From Eledone cirrhosa (lineage: Eukaryota), in NCBI GenBank assembly GCA_964016885.1, contig OZ024759.1, positions 8,122,001 to 8,186,000 of the forward strand: DNA of 64,000 nucleotides, written 5' to 3'. Positions within the stretch are counted from its first letter, which is position 1, and each line of letters starts with the position of its first letter. A model generated the notes under the pieces. That model ran no database searches. It was not told the origin of the DNA and saw only the letters and a program-made list of their open reading frames with translations. Both the position numbers and the translations under genes were made by a program. Below are positions 53,418 to 64,000 of the stretch, piece after piece.

Positions 53418-55218
53418 CACAGGTTCTCAACCCATCTAGGCCAAACGCCCCCTTTTGTCCCTCAAAATCACGAAACGCTCCCCCCCCCCTATTTTCTATT
53501 TTTCAATATACTACTGATTTTTATATCAGTAGATTACTAAAAAATTGATTAACAATATTCCAAAGATGTGTGTATTATCTGATTATGTGTTGTATGTGGT
53601 CCTAGATGTGTGTATTATCTGATTATGTGTTGTATGTGGTCCTAGATGTGTGTATTATCTGATTATGTGTTGGATGTAGTCCTAGATGTGTGTATTATCT
53701 GATTATGTGTTGTATGTAGTCCTAGATGTGTGTATTATCTGATTATGTGTTGTATGTGGTCCTAGATGTGTGTATTATCTGATTATGTGTTGTATGTAGT
53801 CCTAGATGTGTGTATTATCTGATTATGTGTTGTATGTGGTCCTAGATGTGTGTATTATCTGATTATGTGTTGTATGTGGTCCTAGATGTGTGTATTATCT
53901 GATTATGTGTTGTATGTAGTCCTAGATGTGTGTATTATCTGATTATGTGTTGTATGTGGTCCTAGATGTGTGTATTATCTGATTATGTGTTGTATGTGGT
54001 CCTAGACGTGTGTATTATCTGATTATGTGTTGTATGTGGTCCTAGATGTGTGTATTATCTGATTATGTGTTGTATGTGGTCCTAGACATGTGTATTATCT
54101 GATTATGTGTTGTGTGTGGTCCTAGACGTGTGTATTATCTGATTATGTGTTGTATGTAGTCCTAGATGTGTGTATTATCTGATTATGTGTTGTATGTGGT
54201 CCTAGATGTGTGTATTATCTGATTATGTGTTGTATGTGGTCCTAGATGTGTGTATTATCTGATTATGTGTTGTATGTGGTCCTAGACATGTGTATTATCT
54301 GATTATGTGTTGTGTGTGGTCCTAGACGTGTGTATTATCTGATTATGTGTTGTATGTAGTCCTAGATGTGTGTATTATCTGATTATGTGTTGTGTGTGGT
54401 CCTAGACGTGTGTATTATCTGATTATGTGTTGTATGTGGTCCTAGATGTATGTATTATCTGCTTATGTGTTGTATGTGGTCCTAGATGTGTGTATTATCT
54501 GCTTATGTGTTGTATGTGGTCCTAGATGTGTGTATTATCTGCTTATGTGTTGTATGTGGTCCTAGGTGTGTGTATTATCTGATTATGTGTTGTATGTGGT
54601 CCTAGATGTGTGTATTATCTGCTTATGTGTTGTATGTGGTCCTAGATGTGTGTATTATCTGATTATGTGTTGTATGTGGTCCTAGATGTGTGTATTATCT
54701 GATTATGTGTTGTATGTGGTCCTAGATGTGTGTGCAACTCGCTTCTGTTTTTTCTTATACAATAGGGAATAAAATAGATCTACATAGTGTTAACTCGTTA
54801 CGGTTGAGTCAAGAATTTCAGACATGAACTACATTGTTATCGGTGAAGAAAAGATAAGATTCTAACTGGCTGCGCCCAAAGTGTCTTTGACCCAGTCGAC
54901 TGTGGGTTCATCCATTTTTAGGATCTCAATTACTGGTTAATGTCTCAATTACAAGACATGCCTGCACACCTGTTCACAGCTGCGGTTAGACTATAGTTAT
55001 GCTGTCTGCAAGCTCATTCAAATGCATTCACACTGGCTGTCTGAAAGACATACAAATATGGCTTATAAAACTTACCAAAATGAAGAGCCTTCCAGCGCCC
55101 CCTAAGCCCCCTCCCCCATCTCCAAACGCCCCCCCCATCTCCAAACGCCCCCCCCCTAACGCGACCTTGCTCCCATACGCCCCCCGGGGATGCATATGCC
55201 ACCCGTTGAGAACGTTTG
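53418..55218 (-). mobile_element. Non-autonomous derivative of the hAT element
   Basis: Same TIRs and subterminal sequence as 47787-50142; 8-bp TSD GACTAGAC. Confidence 0.92.
53565..54735. repeat. 40-bp minisatellite (~29 copies) inside the hAT derivative
   Basis: CCTAGATGTGTGTATTATCTGATTATGTGTTGTATGTGGT; about four diverged copies at 48270-48420 in the parent. Confidence 0.95.
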
Positions 55219-55837
55219 GACTAGACAAAGGTAGAGTGTGATATATATCTTCACAGCAATAGCTTGGGGGCTTTGGAGCTTAGGCAAATCCCTTAGTACA
55301 GACATATATACCCACCCACACTTTTATACTTCTGGGTGCGCGTGTATGTCTATATACACATGTGCACTCATACAAGAGAGTATATAGAAATATACTCTTA
55401 AGCATTCACTCGAACATTTATCAAATCCAACCTGGGGTGTTAGTATTTCGTTGCGTTCACATGAGTGTGTACATTTACGCAGTCCCAATATACACACACA
55501 ATGCACGGTTGCGGGCACTCATTCATGCATATAGGGTTAGTACCTTGGGATAATTGTTCTTCCTGTGTGGGCCACTCCCACACAGATATAGATATATATC
55601 GATATATATAGATATCTATCATATATATGATAGATATCTATATATAGATATATATAGATATATATAGATATATATAGATATATATAGATATCTATCATAT
55701 ATATGATAGATATCTATATATAGATATATATAGATATATATAGATATATATAGATATATATAGATATCTATCATATATATGATAGATATCTATATATAGA
55801 TATATATAGATATCTATCATATATATATATATATCGA

Positions 55838-55975
55838 TGTTTCTTTATTAGCCACAGGGGCACAAAAGAAGGGGACAAATACAAAGGGGGAAGTTTACAT
55901 ACAATAAAAATGTGTAAAATATTATCACAAATGCAATTTAAAAATTAGTCGATTTTCCCCAATAGGGGGAGACAG
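55838..55975 (-). mobile_element. LINE 3' UTR fragment homologous to 59700-59840
   Basis: GGCTAATAAAGAAA and CCCCTATTGGGG shared. Confidence 0.6.
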
Positions 55976-56011
55976 TTCATATGGGTAACAATACCCTCGA
56001 AAAAAATATAT

Positions 56012-56050
<39 letters not shown>

Positions 56051-56109
56051 TGGATTGAGGAAGGCGAGGCTGTAAGGTTACTGATTACGAGTGTTAGAAA
56101 TATATATAT

Positions 56110-57150
56110 ATGGTGGCTGCCAACTCGTTTTCGAGTACGGCCACTACTTTATATCCATGTAGGAGAACCCCTACCGATGTGCTGAACGAGTGGGACTTTT
56201 TAGTCCAGCCAGCGACTTGAAAACTCTGGTACAAACACTACACTTGTGACAATTATTGACACATAGTGCTGGGTCCATGGTACCATGTGACGACAAGTGC
56301 AGAGAGATCTCCAGATATAAAGCAATGCCTGTGCTGTGAAGCTTTTATAGTGAGCAAAGGTACTGCACAAAGCCAGTCCCACTCTCTTAACCAAGATGAT
56401 ATTTACCAAAAAGAAGAACAAGTCAACATCATTGGATATCATCAGAGTTGCAGGTGTTATATCAGAGTTTTCCTTCTCCTAGAATTCTGCCTTGACAAAG
56501 GCTAAGGGGTCATCTCTCCCGGTGATTTTGAATGGCCATTGACTCTTAAGAGCTTCTTTGCCCTTTGACCAGTTTTGTTTTTAGTCCTGCAGGATGTCCA
56601 AAGTCACCCTCCTCACCAAGATTTTAAGCAGGACCATTTTCTGGGGTTTGAGGAAATGAGGAGGGCCTTGAAATTTTTGTCAGCGCCCTGTTGACACTTC
56701 GTGCTTTCATCACGCACAAATCCGGGCTCTGTGTACGTTGCTGTGTTATTGACACCGTAAAACTCACGTCTGTGCTGTTTCTACTAAGACCCCTTTTGTT
56801 GCACCTACACTGCAGTATGAACGCCCTGCACAAGGTGCTAATCCTGCAGTGACCCTTTTTGTCGCACCTTTGTTGTGTAAACGCAGTGCAACCAGTGCCG
56901 CCCAGGGTTTGTGCTAATTGCACAATGACCCTCTTCTGCTGCAGCTGCGTTGCCATGCTGATTTTGTCATCTCAATATCCCTACTTAAACGTACATCCCT
57001 ACTTGGTTTTCACACAATTGACTACGTCGCTCCTCAATCTTTCCCTGAGAATAAGGGAATTCAAAAAGTACACAGCTACATTCCTCAATCTTTGCATATG
57101 CGTGTTGCTATTTCACGTTTCCTACCCCGTGCAACGCCGGCTCCTGCTGC
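56110..57150 (-). mobile_element. Possible degenerate L1/Tx1-like fragment
   Basis: Weak resemblance of the minus-strand frame ending FSSRWL to an L1 C-terminus; TA-flanked GC-richer insert. Confidence 0.3.
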
Positions 57151-57167
57151 TAGTATATATATATACA

Positions 57168-57850
57168 CAAGCATAAACAAACTAAGGGAAAAATTAGAAA
57201 TAAGAGGGATCGGATGTTGTTTACTCGAGAGAAGACTACGTTGGTATGGTCACGTGATGCGCATGAAAGATGACAGCTGTATAAATAAGTGCAGGGCAAT
57301 AAAAATAGACGGTAGCCACGGAGTAGGCAGACCCAGAAAAACCTGGGACGACTTGATAAATTCCGACCTCAACCACTTACACCTCCATGACAATGTCACT
57401 GGACCGAGAACTTTGGCGCTACACAGTAATAGAGAAGACCCGCCTTACCTAAGTGCAAAGTGAAACCTACTACAGCCAGTAGGCACCTCTAACAAAATAC
57501 ACCCCCGTCCCACTACCCCCACCCCATCCACACCACCCCTTTCAATGTAAAGTTATGTTGGTACCACAACATCCAGCCCGAAACAAATGAGGTCGTGTAG
57601 GTGTCACAACAAAAAAAACACACAGTCCATGCTGTAATGTGGCCGTATAGGTAACACAGTAAAAACCTCCCAGTCCACACTGTAAACGTGGTTGGTGTTA
57701 GGAAGGGCATCAAGCCATAGAAAACCCGCCAGACAGTCCTATACGAGTGAGACAACCACTCTTGCTTCAAGTGGGAAAACTCCCGTCCAAACCCATGCAA
57801 GCGTGGAATATGGACGTTAAACGATGATGATGATGATGATGATGATGATG
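57168..57850 (+). mobile_element. RTE 3' fragment
   Basis: RRLRWYGHVMRM...GRPRKTW and (TGA)n. Confidence 0.88.
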
Positions 57851-58883
57851 ACACACACATATATATGAGAGAGAGAATCAATATTGAAAGTTGCCTCACT
57901 TCTCTCTCACTTAAAATTAATTTTCAATATGAAATATTATTTTAAAAGATCCTCAAACTGTATATTTAGGGATGGTTCTCACCTCACTTTCACCTTTGGT
58001 TCTGAGACATTCTTTTGGGGCCACACTCCAAGAACTGCTTATGGTGGCTGACTAAAATTAGTGGGGGACTGGACACTGCCAGGCAGTTCTAAGATCCACT
58101 AAAATGCCATGATAGACACTAGAATGACACCCCAACAACTGGCTGTACTAGATACAGGTGAAGGTGAGGGGGGGGGGGTTACAATGTGTGTGTGTGTATG
58201 TACTACCACCACTCTTGTTCTCACTACCACCACCACAACTACCATCACCTCCAGCTATAACTGGTACAGCCAAGTTGTTGGGGAGTCACTCTATATATAC
58301 AATGTACCCTCGGCATTCGTGGTGCTTTTAGAACCTAATGCATATTCGCGGAATCGTAAATATCTTCCGCATTTTTTATGGCTTTTTTCCGTCACAAATT
58401 ATTAATAACAACGAGCAGAAAAACCACCCTTCGGGTGGTTTACTGCTAGCATGTGTAGTGTGTATATTGATATTATACGCAGGTATATATACATGTAGAT
58501 ATGATACATCAAATAAAACCGTAAATGACAATATATAATACACAGAAATTGAACAAAGACTGCGTTACACTGTCTTATGTAATCAGTAACGTAATCCATG
58601 ATACATTAAATAAGACGATATTATATATAAACTGCATAGAAAATTAGTGACGGAAAATTAGTATGTTTATTTAAGTGATCGCCACCAGAAGTGTTGACAT
58701 CACATACTCTCTCTTTCTATATATATGGTAGTTGAAGTGGTGGTGGTGGTGGCAACGATATACCGGATGTGCAACTTTGAAAAGAAGTCAATTTTAAATT
58801 ATTTATTTTTACGAAATTATTTTTGTTTACGAAATTTAGTAGATAAATTATGTAATATTCATTCATTATTTATTCAAATTAAT

Positions 58884-59072
58884 AGGCGGTGGATTGGCAG
58901 TATTGGTAGAGTGTCGGATGAAATTGCTTTGGCGCATAGAGTTACGGCCCTTGCCATTCTGAGTTCAAATCCCGCCGAGGTTAACTTTGCCTTTCATCCT
59001 TACGGGATCGATAAAATAAAGTACCAGTAATACACTGGGTAATTGCTGGCCTTGTGCCTAACGTAGAAACAA
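58884..59072 (+). mobile_element. Meta-like SINE with target-site duplication
   Basis: TTATTCAAATTAAT on both sides. Confidence 0.85.
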
Positions 59073-59317
59073 TTATTTATTCAAATTAATCCAACTTATT
59101 TTACTAACGGGATAAAGAAAAATAAACCGAACGCAGTCCCGCACTCCTTACTTTATTGTAGTTTAGATGCACCTATTTTTTATTATATTTTATGTTATAT
59201 TTTGACGTTTATAGGCATTTTTATGGACCAATATTTGTGGTTCGTGGTTTTTCACTCTTCCCAGGTGCTCTAGGAATGTAATCCCTGCCAATACCTTGGG
59301 ACTAGTGTATATCTATC

Positions 59318-59845
59318 CATAGTAAGGATCAAACCGCCAGACTCTTTCAAAAACGAAAGAGAGGCGGTTTTCCTCTGTACGGTGGCTATGGTGAAAGAAG
59401 TTATATGGTGGACGAGGTTGAGAGGACTGAGGACAGATGCCTTTCTCTCCGGACAACAATTGATTCCCTTCTTTAAGTATCACTTTAGAAGGAGAATCAG
59501 GGTGGAGAGAGAGGCACTGCACCCCAGTAAATTTACTGAAAGGTTGGTGAATGAAGCGAAAATGGCCCGAGTGATTGGGCCTTCTCTGTTTATAAGCCTG
59601 TAGGTTGAGGAAGAGAGCAAAAGGAAGAAGGGAGCACTTGCACAACACGCTCCTCGAGTTGAGGGTTGTTCTATCGACGGGGTATTAAACAACCCATTTG
59701 TGGCGCCTACCCCCTATTGGGGATTTCGATTGTTGAAATTGTTTGTTTTTGTATTTTTTACACGACTGTATGTAAAATCCCCGGCATGTCTTTGTATTGT
59801 CCCCTTTCTTGTTGCGCCCTTGTGGCTAATAAAGAAATCTATCTA
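59318..59845 (+). mobile_element. L1/Tx1-like LINE 3' end
   Basis: KEVIWWTR...FFKYHFRRRIRVE C-terminus, then a UTR with AATAAA and an (ATCT)n tail. Confidence 0.55.
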
Positions 59846-60611
59846 TATATGTATTATTATCTCCTAGACTTAATGATTAATTGATTAATTTAATTAGTCA
59901 ATTCTATTGATTGGTTAATTATTTATGTTTGTATAATAACGTCTGGTATAATAACGTCTGGTATAATAACATCTGGTCAAGAGCTTTATTTGGTTTGTGG
60001 AAAGGAATTTATTCCTTTGTTCAAAATTTGAATTTTGATCGCCAAAAGCCGGAGGTTACCTCCCTTTGGGAAAACCATGTGACCGCCAGCAGCGTTTACT
60101 GCTAAAATTCCCAACCGGCGCGGCTGATAACGGATACCTGTTGAGAAAGTGAATCCTCTGTTCGATCTTCCAAAACCAATAACTTGCATACCCTGTATGC
60201 GGATTTGTTGATTTCGGATTCACAGAAACCTAGCGGAGATATTACTTAATATCGACGGGATGGTCCAGGTTTGTCAAATTATCCTGAGTCAGTTTTCACG
60301 TTACTTTGGTCCCTGCGGCTGGCTTACCGGTCGCAGTCTTCAAGTTGCAAAGCTGTCTAAACGTAATATTATAACTCTAAGGTAAAATACCTTATTGAGT
60401 GCTTAGCTGCATATTCCAGTTGCATTCGTTAGCTTAGCTGCAGCCAGAGCTTTGATTATGCTGTACTTCCATTTGTATATATATCATCATCATCATCATC
60501 ATCACCGTTTTACGTCCGTTCTTCCACGCTAGCATGGGTTAGACAGGTTGTCCTGTTGTGGGCAGTGTCTGGTCGGCTGACCATGCCTTGCTCATACAGG
60601 AACTGATTTGG

Positions 60612-60667
<56 letters not shown>

Positions 60668-60706
60668 GATATTAACAAATGGAAACTATATTTATAAAAC
60701 CATATT

Positions 60707-60771
60707 TATTTCATTATACATATTTCAAGGATACCAAGTTAAATTATGGTATGCCTTCATCAGACAAAATA
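60707..60771 (-). ncRNA. Type I hammerhead inside palindrome 60664-60866
   Basis: tattttgt-CTGATGA-AGGCATACCA/TGGTATCCTT-GAAA-TATGTA-TA-atgaaata. Confidence 0.76.
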
Positions 60772-60950
60772 CAATATATACCATAATTTAACTTGGTATC
60801 CTTGAAATATGTATAATGAAATACATATGGTTTTATAAATATAGTTTCCATTTGTTAATATCGTATATCTACTCCAAATACTTGTCGAGTGCTTTATATC
60901 AGTTATAAAAATATTTACTTGTTGTATCCCAACAATTTAAATAGAACTTT

Positions 60951-60984
<34 letters not shown>

Positions 60985-61058
60985 TAATATATGTGTGTAT
61001 ATATATATATATATTATTTCAAAATATTAATAAATATAGACATTCATGTGATCAAATA

Positions 61059-61124
61059 TATTTTATTATACTTATTTCAGAGATACTGAGCTATTTCAAC
61101 AGTACGTCCTCATCAGATAAAATA
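61059..61124 (-). ncRNA. Hammerhead fold (family of 35941)
   Basis: tattttat-CTGATGA-GGACGTACTG...CAGTATCTCT-GAAA-TAAGTA-TA-ataaaata. Confidence 0.7.
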
Positions 61125-61291
61125 AGTTGATGCTTGACATACCTTGACTATGTTGATGGTTATAATTTAGTCATGGGCAGTGGTTAGTTATGACAAAACT
61201 CGATATTTATATACCTTAAGTTGAAACATGAAAAATCACATATAATGCAGAGGGTGCGTGTGAGAATGTGTAAAAAGATATATAAATAATT

Positions 61292-61448
61292 AATTGTTTC
61301 TACGTTAGGCACAAGGCCAGCAATTACCCAGTGCATTACTGGTACTTTATTTTATCGACCCCGTAAGGATGAAAGGCAAAGTCAACCTCGGCGGGATTTG
61401 AACTCAGATCGTAAAGGGACGTAACTCTATGCTGCCAATCCACCGCCT
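61292..61448 (-). mobile_element. Meta-like SINE with target-site duplication
   Basis: TATATAAATAATTAAT on both flanks. Confidence 0.82.
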
Positions 61449-61484
61449 TATATATAAATAATTAATAATATATAATACATAAAC

Positions 61485-62510
61485 TACTGTTTTTAGTGGC
61501 TCTCTAAGACATGCCATCTGTAGTACATACAACATCCCTCACTAGCTATGCTGATGACACTAAGGTAGCACAGGCAATGAAAAACCCGGCTGATGCTGCC
61601 CTTTTACAAGATCTGGATGCCATATACAAATGGGCGGAAGAAAACAACATGCAGTTTAATGCTGGAAAATTTCAAATCCTACAATACGAACCTGCAAACA
61701 CAAATACAGTACAATACAACTACACAGGACCAGGAGAGACCGATATCACCGTGTCGAAATCAATACGAGACCTGGGAATAGACATGACCGACGATGCACC
61801 TTTTCCCTCACACATCATGAAAGTGACGACAATGTGCAGACGACTCGCTGGCTGGATCTTGAGGACTTTCCGGACAAGAGACCGAGAGACCATGTTGACA
61901 CTATGGAGGACATTTGTCCTAAGCCGACTGGACTACTGCTCCCAGTTGTGGTCACTCCATAGTGTCAAACTAACCACCGAGCTTGAGGCAATCCAGCGAA
62001 GCTACACCAAGAGGATTGCCAAGATGAAGGAGATAAGCTACTGGGAGAGGCTAAAGGAACTGAACCTCTACTCCTTGGAACGAAGACTGGAGAGATACGC
62101 AGTGATCTACATGTGGAAAATCCTGGAGGGACTAGCACCAAACTTTGGCATTGGGAGCTGGACCAACCCCCAAACAGGACGTCACTATGTGGTGTCTTCC
62201 ACATCTAGAATAAGGAGCAGGTATTGCAATAGCCTGGGGTTCAAAGGCACTCAACTCTTCAACAAGCTGCCGAGGGATCTGAGAGATCTGCATGGTGTGG
62301 AGGTGGATGTTTTCAAGAAACATCTCGACACCTTGTTATCCAGGATCCCAGATGAGCCCACAGCAAGGCACAAAGGTAACCGAAGAGCAGCAGCAACAAA
62401 CTCCCTCTTGCACCAGTGGCCACCGAACACAGGCTGGGGATACAACATGTAGCAACAAGGGCGGTGCCCCAGAATGGCCTCAGCCGGGTGGGTGGAACAG
62501 GTAAAGAGTA
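61485..62510 (+). mobile_element. CR1/L2-type LINE, 5'-truncated, open RT C-terminal frame (61511-62452)
   Basis: YADDTK, LQDLDAIYKW..NNMQFN..K, RDLGI, SRLDYCSQLW, LEAIQR, YWERLKELNLYSLE. Confidence 0.9.
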
Positions 62511-62654
62511 ATACATATATATACATATATGTATATATATATTTGTATATATATATATGTATATATACATACATATATGTATATATACATACATATATGT
62601 ATATATATATGTATTTATATATATATAATGTGTGTATATATACATACATATATG

Positions 62655-63870
62655 TAAGGTATAGAAAAATTCTTAATAGGAACAATATAAAAATATCCTT
62701 CTCTACTACTCCTAACCTAGCAGACATCATAGGAATAACGAACCACAGTAAGATCACCAAGACACAGCACCTCGACACAGACGCACCTACACCTGACAAT
62801 AACTATATCAGCCTTAACAACTCCCTAGCAGCATCCAATAGTGTTGGCAACGGCATCCGCAGACGCAACCAGCATAACCGCGAAATGACTGGGGAACATG
62901 CAGAACATGACGTGCGGAATAACAATCGCACCATCCCGCGTGCTGTAGGTTGTAATTGTGCTAACGACAGCTGCGGTAGCGTAGGTAACAACGTAGGCAG
63001 CAACAATGATAGCCTTACCGTGAGAAATAGACGGAACCGCGACAGAAATTGCAACTGCCGCGACAGAGGACGCTGCCCCCTTAGAGGATACTGCTTGACT
63101 GATAGGGTTATATATAGATGCACTATTACTAGCCACAATAGCGTTAAACATTATATAGGGGCTACCTCCGGCCCGTTCAAAATTAGGTTTCGAACACATC
63201 TCCACTCTTTCACAAATAGAAAACTAAGGCACCCCACTTCGCTCGCGGACTACATCACATCACTAAAGGACTTAAACATCAGCTTCTCCACGCACTGGGA
63301 GATTATCGGCAGGGCTGCACCGTACAACTTCAAGAGGAAATGCGATCTTTGCCTCATGGAGCTCTACCACATCATAACTGCCCCCCACGAGCTCATTAAC
63401 AGCAGAGCTGAAACAGCGATAAGTTGTACACATCGCTTAAAAATATCCTTCTTCAGATGGGTTAAGGATGAGGAGTGAAACCGTACACCGGATCTCCCTG
63501 CAACAAGTCTTAACACCCCGGCGGGCAGGTGCTGCAAAATAACACCCAGGAAACTATCCTTGCATACCAGACCCAGCCTCAGACAAACAGATGCGGCAAA
63601 AAAAAAAAAAAAAAATTGGCCGGGAAAAACTGCCCTAACACCGGCCAGAGTTACCTCCCTTGACCTGCTGCAAAATCAAAACAAGATATTTTTGCGAGCA
63701 ATGAACCTTGATGTGGATTTAACCCCAAAAACTCTTTCCGAGCAATATAAGGAACACTTGTGATTATTTATGCCCTTGAGAAGCCCAACTGGGCGAAACG
63801 TACGTAGGTGCTGTTTTAAATAAACATGTTTTAACGGTCTATTCTCCGATTTTTTACTTTCCCATATGTA
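62655..63870 (+). mobile_element. Penelope-like 3' fragment: GIY-YIG ORF (stop at 63478) plus pLTR
   Basis: CNCRDRGRCPLRGYC linker, VIYRC...HYIGAT...FKIRFRTH, CDLCLME, INSRAE..SCTH. Confidence 0.88.
63771..63811 (+). ncRNA. Variant hammerhead (CUUGAGAA core)
   Basis: tgcc-CTTGAGAA-GCCC aact GGGC-GAAAC-GTAC-GTA-ggtg. Confidence 0.6.
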
Positions 63871-63888
63871 TTTATATATATATATATG

Positions 63889-63964
<76 letters not shown>

Positions 63965-63967
<3 letters not shown>

Positions 63968-64000
63968 CGAAGGAAATGTGGTAAGGAACCAGGTGGACCA
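63965..64000 (-). mobile_element. Family B pLTR end, cut by the window edge
   Basis: AACGAAGGAAATGTGGTAAGGAACCAGGTGGACCA. Confidence 0.7.

Noticed and set aside
62474-62654. N-terminus of the 334-aa ORF
   Set aside because: Read-through of a LINE tail and TA/CA microsatellite; Penelope homology starts near 62655

Overview
Repeat-dominated eukaryotic DNA with no recognisable host gene. The mix of RTE LINEs with (TGA)n tails, tRNA-derived SINEs, Penelope-like elements and long (TA)n tracts resembles a cephalopod (octopus-like) genome; that assignment is inference. Contents: a near-full-length RTE LINE (46037-51700, -) interrupted by a Charlie-type hAT transposon with an 8-bp TSD; a non-autonomous hAT derivative carrying a 40-bp satellite; an IR/DR Tc1 element with a mutated catalytic Asp; Helitron remnants; CR1/L2- and L1/Tx1-like fragments; five Penelope-like GIY-YIG remnants; many SINEs; and at least five minisatellites expanded from internal TE segments. 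The main signal not explained by the ORF track is a dense set of roughly 20 type I hammerhead-ribozyme folds and variants (stem I-CUGANGA-stem II-GAAA-stem III-NUH-stem I), folded by eye, in about ten sequence-distinct short families inserted into (TA)n tracts. Many lie in fold-back palindromes that turn inside or next to the ribozyme. Several unrelated families keep a C.C mismatch at position 4 of stem II and a downstream GAGYRCT motif. Ribozyme activity is predicted, not shown.
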